The notes under the pieces are model-generated. The model made no database searches. It saw only the letters and a program-made list of their open reading frames with translations, and was not told where the DNA came from. The position numbers and the translations under genes were made by a program. From assembly GCF_053078305.1 (NCBI RefSeq), contig NZ_CP166879.1: a stretch of DNA of 64,000 bases. One strand, given 5' to 3'. The first letter of the stretch is position 1. The number at the start of each line of letters is the position of its first letter. Shown one piece after another: positions 1 through 9,476 of this stretch.

Positions 1-665
1 TCGCGCTCTGACTTCAGCCATGCCTCAAACAATCGCCCGAACTGAACGGCAAGCCGGATTTCATTAATCAGATTACATGTGAATATAACTGTCAGAAATA
101 TCATGATAAAATAAACGAGGGAAAATAACATAAATAAAACTGTATTACCCCCCGACAGAAATGGCATGGTTGTAAATATCCCTCCCGTAAACTGAACACA
201 TAAAGAAAACACCGCAAACACTGCTATCATCCGGTAACCTTTATGCACACGACGAGTATTAACAGTAAATTTGCCATCTGAAAATATACCGACAAAAGAA
301 TATTTAAGAAAACAATGCAGTCTGTTATCCACTGAACTGACATTTCTGTCGGATATAAAACAAATCAGCTTATTACAACACCATATCGGAAGATATATCC
401 CCATCTGTTCATAACAGTATTTTATTCTTACCAGTGTATTTTTCGTTGTTGGCTCTTTTGTCAGTTTGTCAATACGGGCAAGAATGGACTCCTTTTCAGA
501 TACAGGAATTTTCTCAAATCTGTATTTCCTGATATTCGGCGCATAGCCATAATGCTGCACAAACCATTTGACAAGAGGAATAATAATGCCCGACAGAAGC
601 GGTAACACCAGATTTTTAACTATATCCTGAAATGTTTTGTCCTGAAGATAATGCATGACAGACAT
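1..665 (-). CDS. hypothetical membrane protein, partial (3' end beyond window start)
   Basis: Reverse frame is open from 665 to position 1 with no stop (checked triplet by triplet); ATG at 665-663 lies 1 nt after the tssA stop (TGAGATG). Translation begins MSVMHYLQDKTFQDIVKNLVLPLL and is hydrophobic; region is AT-rich. Absent from the ORF track because it runs off the window. Confidence 0.4.
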   Translation of the reverse strand, partial: MSVMHYLQDKTFQDIVKNLVLPLLSGIIIPLVKWFVQHYGYAPNIRKYRFEKIPVSEKESILARIDKLTKEPTTKNTLVRIKYCYEQMGIYLPIWCCNKLICFISDRNVSSVDNRLHCFLKYSFVGIFSDGKFTVNTRRVHKGYRMIAVFAVFSLCVQFTGGIFTTMPFLSGGNTVLFMLFSLVYFIMIFLTVIFTCNLINEIRLAVQFGRLFEAWLKSER

Positions 666-666
666 C

Positions 667-2265
667 TCATGAGCTCCCCGGATTGCACAACACAGCAGCT
701 CTGGCAGCATCAATGGCGATGAGCCCGGCAAGAAGATGTTCCATATCAGGCTGCAGACGCACCCTGTCACTTTCAGTTTTTGCGGACTTCATACGTAACA
801 GTTTCAGGCGGCGGGCTTTTACCTCAAATACCAGTTCAGGTTCCCATTGTGACAGGGTCAGCCGGGTTGCACGTTCATCCAGCTCCACAAGCAGATGCAG
901 GGCAAGGTCATTTTTTCCAGTCTGTTCGGCAACACGGGCCATCAACAGGCGCAGTAGCCAGTTGCTGCGGTCAGACTGAATACCGGGACGTGCCTGTAAC
1001 CAGCTTAAAGCGGCTTCTGTTCCTTCATTATCCGCAATCTGCAGGGCTTCCGGCTCAAGAGATAAAATGTCGTTATCTCCGGGAGCTGCCGTTATCGTTA
1101 CAGAAGGTTCTTCCGCCCAGCGTTCACCACACTCCATCACCTGCTGCTGTATCCAGCTCAGCGTCACGTCATCGGCAAACGGCATGCCGTCGTTAAAAGC
1201 CAGTGTCTCAAGCCCCGGCAGGCGCAGAAGCAATCCTTTCAGGTCATACTGAATAATGGCAGCATAATTTTCTTTTCCGGTCTGCAACAGCGCCTGATGA
1301 ATATACCACTGCAGGTCCAGCCACAGATGACTGGCTCCCCGGGCAAACATATCGTCACACTGTTCAAGCAGTGACAACCAGTTCTGCTGCAGATACAACC
1401 GTTTCAGTGACGCACGCCGGTCCGGCCCCGGTGGGGCAATACGGGTCCGTCCATCAGCAGATAACGGCGGTAACTGATGCAGCGTGTCATGCCGGACGCT
1501 TTTCATCAGTCGATGAGCCGCCAGCCAGCCCTCAGGCTGGTCACGCAGATATTTTGCCAGAACACGGGCCTGTGACAGCAGTTCCTGTCCGGAGGTGATG
1601 GCAGATAATGCCATGACGCTGCCGGATGTTACCGTCGGTGCCGGCGCGGCAGCCTCCTGAGGCACCACTGCATCAACACCACCGGCCTTCATCAGGCGAT
1701 TTTCAAGTGCCTGATATAACCCGTTCAGCACCGGGGCGGAAGCCTCATCCGTAAAGGTCTGTTCTGCCAGCCACAGCGCCCCGGCAATGCGCAGGGTATC
1801 CGCCTTCACCACCTCCGGATACAGAGACAGACTGTCCAGTATGCGGGCGCTGCATAACCACTCCAGCGCCGCCTTCCTGGCCCGTGACCGTTGTGGATGC
1901 AGGTGCTCTCCAAAACGCTGCAACAAACCGGTCAGCAGCTCCAGACCGTCGGCCAGACCTTTTTCACCATCCTGCCGCAGACGGGCCCAGATATACCAGG
2001 TCGCCACCCGGATATCTTTGGTTCTGGTGGTCAGTAATTTTTCTGCAAGCTGGCTGACAATTCCGGCATCGGCTCCGGAGAGTTTATTGACCTCTTCACG
2101 CATCTGCTGAAAATCATCATCGTACCCCGCATCATCACCTGCGGGATTATCTGGCGTCACGGGAGCAAGCCATTTATCCCACAGCGCAATACGCACCTGA
2201 GCCGGTTCAGCCACATCCCGGGGTGTCGTCTGGCATGCACTGAGGAGCGAATGAATGGAAGCCAT
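667..2265 (-). CDS. tssA: type VI secretion system protein TssA (ImpA N-terminal domain family)
   Basis: 532 aa ORF; N-terminal region resembles ImpA_N/TssA; ATGA start/stop overlap with tssM; sits in a T6SS cluster. Confidence 0.75.
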   Translation of the reverse strand: MASIHSLLSACQTTPRDVAEPAQVRIALWDKWLAPVTPDNPAGDDAGYDDDFQQMREEVNKLSGADAGIVSQLAEKLLTTRTKDIRVATWYIWARLRQDGEKGLADGLELLTGLLQRFGEHLHPQRSRARKAALEWLCSARILDSLSLYPEVVKADTLRIAGALWLAEQTFTDEASAPVLNGLYQALENRLMKAGGVDAVVPQEAAAPAPTVTSGSVMALSAITSGQELLSQARVLAKYLRDQPEGWLAAHRLMKSVRHDTLHQLPPLSADGRTRIAPPGPDRRASLKRLYLQQNWLSLLEQCDDMFARGASHLWLDLQWYIHQALLQTGKENYAAIIQYDLKGLLLRLPGLETLAFNDGMPFADDVTLSWIQQQVMECGERWAEEPSVTITAAPGDNDILSLEPEALQIADNEGTEAALSWLQARPGIQSDRSNWLLRLLMARVAEQTGKNDLALHLLVELDERATRLTLSQWEPELVFEVKARRLKLLRMKSAKTESDRVRLQPDMEHLLAGLIAIDAARAAVLCNPGSS

Positions 2266-5200
2266 CAGTCAGTCTCCTCCACGGAATCCCCGGCATCTTC
2301 GTCATTGCCTGTAAACGCTGACGTACCGGAGAGTTCGAAAACCATTTCCGGCAGAACAAAATTGCGGAGTTTCAGCAATACAAGCGGCCCTTCCCCCGCT
2401 TCAGTTCGCAGTGTGTAATTCAGCATACGACCGTCCTGCGCCTGCCAGCTCAGGCTCCAGCCACTGGCAACGCCCGGTGCGGCTTTCCGTCGGGCCATCT
2501 CAAGCAGACGTATCAGCCCCCAGCTTCCCGGCAGGTCTGCATACTGACGGGTACCGGCCTGAGTGCTTACCCAGCTTAAACTGGCGCCAGGTGCTTCCGT
2601 ATCAGCCGGCCAGGTAAATCGCTTCCATACCGGCATCTGATTAACATAAATCAGTTTCTGATTATCGGTTATCAGCGTCGTCTGCATCACACCGGCAGCA
2701 GTTCCCGGGCGCAGCTCAAAATGCAGCCCCGCGTTACCTGTGGTGAACGCCACATCCGCTATTTCACTCAGGGTATTGATGGCTTTCAGAAACGCAGGGT
2801 TGAATGTCAGCCCCCGGGTATTAATGGTATCCGGTACCCAGCGACTGCCTTCACTGTGCAACACACCACTCAGGTTATTCTGCAGGAAACGGGCAATACG
2901 TCCCGTGTCCGTATTCAGGTATTTTGCCAGCAGGGGAAGCGAAGCATCGCTGCTGACATTTTTAAACGGATAACGCCCGGAAAATGCATTATTCCAGCCA
3001 TCCACCACCGCAGTACGCCACCGGGCATTCAGACTTTCTGCCGCGGGCGTAAGAACCTGCTGCCACGCCTGCTCCATCGGGCGAACAAAGACCGTCTGTC
3101 CGAAGCCATACCACTCCTGTCCGAGTCCGGCAGCGGTCAGGCTACCGTAATCCCGGGTATCGGTTAAATCAACCGATTTCCCCTGCAATACTGTCTGTGC
3201 CAGCATCTGCATCATGGCCTGCGGGTCAGAAGAGCCGGCAATCTGTTGCAGACGCAGACGAACCTGTGTCACCCGGGTCAGATATGTCTGCAGATTCAGC
3301 ATATCCGCACTGTTGTTCTGATTATCCATCAGTGCAAGCACCGGCCCGAAAGTCGTCGCCAGAGGACCGTGAAGCCGGCTTTCCGGTACTGCCACTGGCT
3401 GTTTTTCCTGTGAAAGCAGGTTTCTGGCAGATTTAACCAGTGAATCAGTAACCGCTTCCCGGGGCTGGCCAGTACGCCCCTGAACCGCCAGCGTATTCAT
3501 CAGAGCAACCAGGGGGGACTGGCGCACATCAGCCATCAGCGTCAGTTGCTCTGTCACATCAGACAGCGTCTGAGCTTTACGCAGGTGCAGACTGTTCAGA
3601 AAATTCAGCCAGGCATTACCAAAATCAGCAAAATAGCGCGTTGTCAGGCGCTGTCTGAGTGCTTCCGGCGATACCGGTGACGGTGCCTTCTGCCTGCCAT
3701 CCGTCAGTACCCAGTCCATTTCTTCACGACGCTCATTAATCACGGTGTCTATCGCCGGCAATACGGCCTCTTCCCAGGCCTGGCGGGTGAACATACCGGG
3801 AACCACTTCATCCGTAAAAAAGAGGCGGGAGACATCAGTATCACCGGTCATATCCGTCAGACGCATATCCGCAAACTGATGTGCCACCCGTGCCAGCATT
3901 TTCTGATACAGCATGGCATCGCTGTTCTGTGTCCCCAGATGGCGAAGCAGCAGAGTTCTGCTCTGGCTGACCAGCTCTTCATCAGCCGTCAGCTTCCACT
4001 GAGGATGAGTAATAATCCCGGAGGCATAATACGCCAGCAACGTCGGGCCATTAGCCTGCCAGAAAACGGCACTCACACCGTCACGCTGTGGCCATTCCCG
4101 CATGAGCGTACGACTGAACCAGGCGGGCTCCATATGTTGCGGTTGCGCCAGCATCAGATACAGTCTGAGCTGGTCATATGCGGCTTTTGCCATTTTCCCC
4201 CGCTGCGGGCTGTCCGGAGGAAGACGAATAAATGTCCTGAGCTGCTGCTCAAGATGAGCAGCAGCGGCATCACGCAGTAAAAGATGTGCATTTTGTGCAT
4301 AAAGGGGCATTACGACCGCGAGCAGGTCTGCATTCTGATTCATACCGGCCCGCAGGTACCATGGCGCCCCGTGCTCCTCCCGGTACTGAAGGCGGGCCAG
4401 GGATTTCTGCAGATTCAGCAACGCCTGCAGACGTTCTGCAGGAGACAGTTGCTGGTTCTGAGCCGGACGAATCTGTTCCTGTACTTCAGCAACCAGACTC
4501 CGGTTTGCCAGAAAGGAAACCACCATTCCTGTTCCCTGAGCCATCATCAGTATGGCCGCCATAACGGCCAGACTTCTGCGCCAGTGATGACCTGTGCGGG
4601 AAGGCTGTAGCCGGACAGGTAATTGCTGCACTGTCTCCGGCAACGCCTCCCAGCGGTTATCCATTCGCCAGCGATGTCTGACACTTCGTTCACCGCCGAC
4701 AGTTGCCGGACTGAAAACAATACCCGCCAGCAACAACTGACGGTATGGACGGAGTAATACGGATAATGGCTCCACCACAGCATCAATATTTCGTCTGAAT
4801 CGCTCTGCCAGCGACAACAAAAAATAATACCGAGGGGCACAGCATATCTGCTGTATCCCCTGAGCAACAAGCCCGGGGAGCATGGCCTGTAGTTGTGCTT
4901 TCAGTTTGTCAGAACTACATTCTGCCGGCAGAAGGCATCCCACGGGCTGAGTAATACGCCCTCGCTCATCCGGACTCTCCTGCAGTGACCAGACATACAG
5001 CGGCAGACGCCAGCCAAGGCGCTCACAACATGAACTGACCGCACGGGAAACCCTGTCCAGGGCATCTTCTGTCAATGGTGCGGATAATGTTTCACTCAGT
5101 CCGGAAGTTACCCAGACAATGCCATCAACAGGCCGGTAACGCAGACGGCGTAACGCAGCCAGCCAGTCTGCGTTTTCCGGCTGCGAGGGGTCTCCTCCCC

Positions 5201-5654
5201 AGAGAAGCAATGTCCCCTGCTCTTCCTGCCAGAACTGTTCTGTCAGGCCCGGGGTCAGCAACTCAACCTCAGAGGCAGTACCTGTTATCAACAGAATGCG
5301 TATTTTACGTCCCCAGAATCTGCCATACTGGCGCCGCAGAGTATGACGAATATCCTGAACAGTAACATAGCGCGGTGGCGTCTGAGCCAGTCGCTCTTCA
5401 TCGTCAGGTAACCTTTGCTCCTTCCGGGCCCGACGTCGATATGTCAGTTCCTGAACATATTTTTTCATCACAGGCAGGTAACAGACAAAGAGCAACCCCA
5501 GACTCAGCAATATCAGCAGTAGTATTTGATCCCGGCGTGTTTCTGCCCCCAGAAATGCTCCATATCGGGTTATCAGCCACCAGAGCGCAGCCACACCAAT
5601 AAATACAATCCCCGGTCGTCCAAAGCGACCAGACAGACAGGCCAGTTTATTCAT
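2265..5654 (-). CDS. tssM: type VI secretion system membrane subunit TssM (IcmF family)
   Basis: 1129 aa ORF with N-terminal transmembrane segments and IcmF-like size and architecture; T6SS context. Confidence 0.85.
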   Translation of the reverse strand: MNKLACLSGRFGRPGIVFIGVAALWWLITRYGAFLGAETRRDQILLLILLSLGLLFVCYLPVMKKYVQELTYRRRARKEQRLPDDEERLAQTPPRYVTVQDIRHTLRRQYGRFWGRKIRILLITGTASEVELLTPGLTEQFWQEEQGTLLLWGGDPSQPENADWLAALRRLRYRPVDGIVWVTSGLSETLSAPLTEDALDRVSRAVSSCCERLGWRLPLYVWSLQESPDERGRITQPVGCLLPAECSSDKLKAQLQAMLPGLVAQGIQQICCAPRYYFLLSLAERFRRNIDAVVEPLSVLLRPYRQLLLAGIVFSPATVGGERSVRHRWRMDNRWEALPETVQQLPVRLQPSRTGHHWRRSLAVMAAILMMAQGTGMVVSFLANRSLVAEVQEQIRPAQNQQLSPAERLQALLNLQKSLARLQYREEHGAPWYLRAGMNQNADLLAVVMPLYAQNAHLLLRDAAAAHLEQQLRTFIRLPPDSPQRGKMAKAAYDQLRLYLMLAQPQHMEPAWFSRTLMREWPQRDGVSAVFWQANGPTLLAYYASGIITHPQWKLTADEELVSQSRTLLLRHLGTQNSDAMLYQKMLARVAHQFADMRLTDMTGDTDVSRLFFTDEVVPGMFTRQAWEEAVLPAIDTVINERREEMDWVLTDGRQKAPSPVSPEALRQRLTTRYFADFGNAWLNFLNSLHLRKAQTLSDVTEQLTLMADVRQSPLVALMNTLAVQGRTGQPREAVTDSLVKSARNLLSQEKQPVAVPESRLHGPLATTFGPVLALMDNQNNSADMLNLQTYLTRVTQVRLRLQQIAGSSDPQAMMQMLAQTVLQGKSVDLTDTRDYGSLTAAGLGQEWYGFGQTVFVRPMEQAWQQVLTPAAESLNARWRTAVVDGWNNAFSGRYPFKNVSSDASLPLLAKYLNTDTGRIARFLQNNLSGVLHSEGSRWVPDTINTRGLTFNPAFLKAINTLSEIADVAFTTGNAGLHFELRPGTAAGVMQTTLITDNQKLIYVNQMPVWKRFTWPADTEAPGASLSWVSTQAGTRQYADLPGSWGLIRLLEMARRKAAPGVASGWSLSWQAQDGRMLNYTLRTEAGEGPLVLLKLRNFVLPEMVFELSGTSAFTGNDEDAGDSVEETD

Positions 5655-6795
5655 TCTGGTTTCCTGATGTAACAGTACTGATAAAATGTTCTTCTCCGGA
5701 TGAGAATAAAGTCAGGAGAGAATCATTACCAAGACAGACCAGATCGGCTGCCAGAGCAGTAAGCAGCCACGGAGCAGCAGGTCCCGGGATACCGCACCAT
5801 TTTTCCAGTAACATACGTCCGGACGGTTCCCATCCGGCACCATACTGGTTTCCAATAGTCATCAGCGGTGCAGCAATCTTTTCCCAGTGATAACAGTCCC
5901 CCAGTACACGAGCGGTACGACAGGCAGCTGTCTGGGTTTCAAGGAAAAGTGTGAATTCATCATTAAACTTGTTGATATCCAGCGACATCGGGCGTAGCAG
6001 ACGGGCTGGATGCGGCAGGTTATATTTTTGCGCAACATCATCGCTGGTCAACAAAAGTGCAGCCAGTCCGTCAGAGTATGCATTCCCCCCATTTAGCTGT
6101 ATTACCAGCATCAAATCCACAGTCAGCACTGGTTGTTTCAGACGCTCATCAACCCACCCCATGGAAAAGTCGGGAGTAACCTCGATATTGTCAGGAACGA
6201 CGCGTTGGGGAAATAACGCTTCCCATGCTGAAACAAAAGCAGATCTGATTTCAGAATCAGGCTGATCGGTTATCAGCGTCACATTTACAGGGAGAGCGGC
6301 AGGTAACTGACAAAATTTATCCGTTATCTCCCTTAGCAAGACACGTAAAGAGGCTTCAACCTTATGCCCACTGTCAGAAAGATAATCTATTTTCTTTACA
6401 AGGCCGTACTGCAGAGGCAATTCATCACAAAGAGTAGCTACCGTTATTTTATCAGGCAAATAAACACAACTGGCAGTAATAACAAGATACCTTTCGGCCC
6501 AGGATTCCCACTGTTTCTGAGCATACTCCCCCTCTTTTTTAAGAAACAAATGTTCATCCATCTGGTTGCTCCACTGCCAGTGTCGCAGGCAAAACAGGAA
6601 AAACCAGCACCCCGAAGGAGTCAATGCAAGCCACCAGATACTGAAATCATTTAATACTTTCACATATCCTGATGCCCGGATAATAAACAACAGAGTACCA
6701 ACAACAGCCATAAATGCCCCTGTCATAAACCACAACATCATTGATGGTTTATGAGGTAATTCTGTTGATAAAGATTTTGTTCTGCTCCATCCCAT
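5647..6795 (-). CDS. T6SS-associated membrane protein, function unknown
   Basis: 382 aa ORF with two N-terminal hydrophobic helices; ATG start confirmed; 3 nt downstream of the PAAR stop and overlapping the tssM start. No family recognised. Confidence 0.55.
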   Translation of the reverse strand: MGWSRTKSLSTELPHKPSMMLWFMTGAFMAVVGTLLFIIRASGYVKVLNDFSIWWLALTPSGCWFFLFCLRHWQWSNQMDEHLFLKKEGEYAQKQWESWAERYLVITASCVYLPDKITVATLCDELPLQYGLVKKIDYLSDSGHKVEASLRVLLREITDKFCQLPAALPVNVTLITDQPDSEIRSAFVSAWEALFPQRVVPDNIEVTPDFSMGWVDERLKQPVLTVDLMLVIQLNGGNAYSDGLAALLLTSDDVAQKYNLPHPARLLRPMSLDINKFNDEFTLFLETQTAACRTARVLGDCYHWEKIAAPLMTIGNQYGAGWEPSGRMLLEKWCGIPGPAAPWLLTALAADLVCLGNDSLLTLFSSGEEHFISTVTSGNQNE

Positions 6796-6798
6796 GGT

Positions 6799-7065
6799 TT
6801 ATCCTATTGCACATTCCGGTGCACTGGATATAACCTTACACCCACACAGACATTTACATCCATCAATCACAACAGCTCTTCCATCAGATATCCATTCAGG
6901 AGAGCCCTCCACAATAGGATTGGTACCATGTCCGGAAACAGGGCAACTAACCATATCTCCAACAAGAGCTACTTTTTTACCATCGACAATCATGGTTGAA
7001 GATGCCGAAATAACTTTACCACCATGTGTGGTATTATCACCAAGCAATACAAAACCTTTAGACAT
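6799..7065 (-). CDS. PAAR domain protein (T6SS spike tip)
   Basis: 88 aa, Gly/Cys-rich with PAAR-like repeats (VISASSTMIVDGKKVALVGDMVSCPVSGHG...GCKCLCGCKV); located downstream of vgrG/effector. Confidence 0.8.
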   Translation of the reverse strand: MSKGFVLLGDNTTHGGKVISASSTMIVDGKKVALVGDMVSCPVSGHGTNPIVEGSPEWISDGRAVVIDGCKCLCGCKVISSAPECAIG

Positions 7066-7096
7066 AAAACTCTCAAAAATAAATTTTCACTTTGAG

Positions 7097-7774
7097 TCAC
7101 CAGTTACCGTAAGGATAAGTTTTATCTTTGATAAATTCCTTAATATCTTCATCATATCCATATGTGAAATCACTTTTAGTAACCCCCTTACACATATTCA
7201 TTTTATCACCCGATACTGTAGTAATTTTAGCATCCAACTGAGGTACCACCGGATTACCGCGATCTCCCAGCCAGACTCTTACCTTCCCTTCAGGTGCCAG
7301 ACCAATAATCATCGTTGAACGATAATAGGTTTCGTTCCAGCGGTTGTCTGTGTAAGGCGTAACCATCTGCTCCCAGGTTCCTTTTTTAAAAAAAATCAGA
7401 GTTTCATAACTCTTTTTATCAATTATCGAATCCCAGCAAAAACGCAACATCAGAGGTAATGCTTTCCCCTTGTTATAATACGACTCAGTCGCGCCCAGAT
7501 GCTCATTCCAGCGCCCTACACTGACCTGACTCGGTCTTGTGGTATCAAGATACTGATAAGTCGTCTTATAACCTTCCCCGTCCACCATCAATGCCTGAGT
7601 GGCCAGCGCAGGCAGAGCCTTTGGATAAATAAAGAGAAATTTCCATTCATCATAGGGTAATTTTTTATAACCCCATTCAGTCTTATCCGAATCAGCATAC
7701 TGTGAGCTAACAGAATTACACCCAGTTAACAATGCCAATAATGGTGCGATAAAAATGATTTTATCTCTGGTCAT
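7097..7774 (-). CDS. tli1: lipoprotein, putative Tli1-type immunity protein for the adjacent lipase effector
   Basis: 225 aa; signal peptide with lipobox LLTGC; immediately downstream of the DUF2235 effector, the usual effector-immunity order. Confidence 0.55.
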   Translation of the reverse strand: MTRDKIIFIAPLLALLTGCNSVSSQYADSDKTEWGYKKLPYDEWKFLFIYPKALPALATQALMVDGEGYKTTYQYLDTTRPSQVSVGRWNEHLGATESYYNKGKALPLMLRFCWDSIIDKKSYETLIFFKKGTWEQMVTPYTDNRWNETYYRSTMIIGLAPEGKVRVWLGDRGNPVVPQLDAKITTVSGDKMNMCKGVTKSDFTYGYDEDIKEFIKDKTYPYGNW

Positions 7775-7793
7775 GTATTGTCATCCTGTAGCG

Positions 7794-9476
7794 TTAAACA
7801 CCAGACATCATAACTTTAGTATTTTTTACTGCGTTATCATTCAATCGCTGCTGATCATCCATGTACCATACAGAACGAATCCAGCGATCATTTGGTTTAT
7901 TCGGAAAAACGAACGCCTTATTACCTTTAGGACCAAAGCGATGGATAAAAATCTCTCCCGTTGTAGGATCCACCCATAAATTACCATCAGACTCAATATT
8001 CCAGTTGGCAGAACAATGGGTGTATTTTCCGATAATATACAACTCTTCCTCAGTAAAAGCCTGAGGCTCTTGCCCCAAACGTACCGCTTTTCCCTGAGCA
8101 ATGGCTTTATCAACAAAAGGAATTAATTCAGGAGATAAATTCATATCTGGATTTTTGGGGTCAATTGGAGCAAACAATACCCCTGCTTCCTGAGCAGCAT
8201 CCAGCATCACACGCAGGCAAACATTAGCCCAGTCATTAGGTACTGCCATACGCTCAAAAAATACTGCGGCTCCCACCTGCTTTTGTATCACGCCAGCCCG
8301 ACGTTGATTGCTGTTGTTCACACCTACGGAACGAATTTTGGTGGTTAGTTTTCCATGAGGCAAAATATGTTTTAAGGCTGGCAGAGTCATCAACATTTTT
8401 CTGGCTTGCTCTGCATTACGGTATACTCGCGTATCTGTTTCTCTGGTATCGTCACTGACAATTTCAAATGCCGGGCAACTCAGAAACAGACTTTCATTTT
8501 CCTGCAGAGGTGAACCTACCGGATTGTAACCACCTCCAATATCTGAATGCGCCCCTGGTAAAGCCAGTTCGGGCCACATACCTTTAATACTGTTCAGGCT
8601 GAAATTATATCGGTATTCATTCATTGCAGTAATCTGGAAAACTTTCTTCGCGATGGAAGGACGCAATTCCAGCTTTACTCCCGGGTTGCTACGTCCATTA
8701 ATATCGAAGAAATTACTGATTCCACCAATAGCTGCGACAGTATCAAAAAGCCCCAGAAAACGGACTTCACCCGAAGGTTTACCATCATAAAAATCGCCTC
8801 TGAGCCCTTTAGCAATAGCTCTGGCTATAGCAGGATCCTGTTCCATAACCCGATTAGCAAAGTGCCTTGCCGCCGCTGCTCCCCGGCTAAAACCAAAAAC
8901 ATCAAACTGGATTTTTGCGATACAAAAATCAGGATTTAAATTGAACCCCATAAATTCTGATAACGCTTGGGTGATTCGTTCCATTGCCTCGTCGGTTTTC
9001 GTCACCACACCTTCAAATATATCCAGAATACTGGTGCCTAATCCCATGCCAATGACTGAATCTGCTTCACCAGCCGCAGTCCCTATCCCGGAAATGTAAG
9101 TCTGAATTTGTGCTTCAACCTGACTTTCCAACAAAGTCTGATCTGCTACGTAAAGTGAATTTAGCCAGTGGATATTGGAATAATATCCACGATAACTGCC
9201 ATTCGAGATACTGTTCTTGTTAATTTCTTCAAGAAAGTCCTCACAGCTTTGTGCATCTTTTTGATTTACCCCCTGTCTGGCTGCACTACACTCATTAAAT
9301 TTCATCAGACGAGATGCTGTATTCTCCCGATTGTTTCCGGTACCATCGAAAAATATACCAATGGTTAAAGTCACACCCCGCGCCGGTTTTTTCTTTGCAA
9401 CAACAACTTTCCAGTCATTATGAATACTGGTTTTATGGGTGGCATCTGTTACATCATATCCCTGATATTTTGTCAT
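7794..9476 (-). CDS. tle1: T6SS phospholipase effector, Tle1 family (DUF2235 alpha/beta hydrolase)
   Basis: 560 aa; GxSxG motif GFSRG; directly downstream of vgrG with ATGA overlap; matches the vgrG-tle1-tli1 layout described for EAEC sci-1. Confidence 0.7.
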   Translation of the reverse strand: MTKYQGYDVTDATHKTSIHNDWKVVVAKKKPARGVTLTIGIFFDGTGNNRENTASRLMKFNECSAARQGVNQKDAQSCEDFLEEINKNSISNGSYRGYYSNIHWLNSLYVADQTLLESQVEAQIQTYISGIGTAAGEADSVIGMGLGTSILDIFEGVVTKTDEAMERITQALSEFMGFNLNPDFCIAKIQFDVFGFSRGAAAARHFANRVMEQDPAIARAIAKGLRGDFYDGKPSGEVRFLGLFDTVAAIGGISNFFDINGRSNPGVKLELRPSIAKKVFQITAMNEYRYNFSLNSIKGMWPELALPGAHSDIGGGYNPVGSPLQENESLFLSCPAFEIVSDDTRETDTRVYRNAEQARKMLMTLPALKHILPHGKLTTKIRSVGVNNSNQRRAGVIQKQVGAAVFFERMAVPNDWANVCLRVMLDAAQEAGVLFAPIDPKNPDMNLSPELIPFVDKAIAQGKAVRLGQEPQAFTEEELYIIGKYTHCSANWNIESDGNLWVDPTTGEIFIHRFGPKGNKAFVFPNKPNDRWIRSVWYMDDQQRLNDNAVKNTKVMMSGV

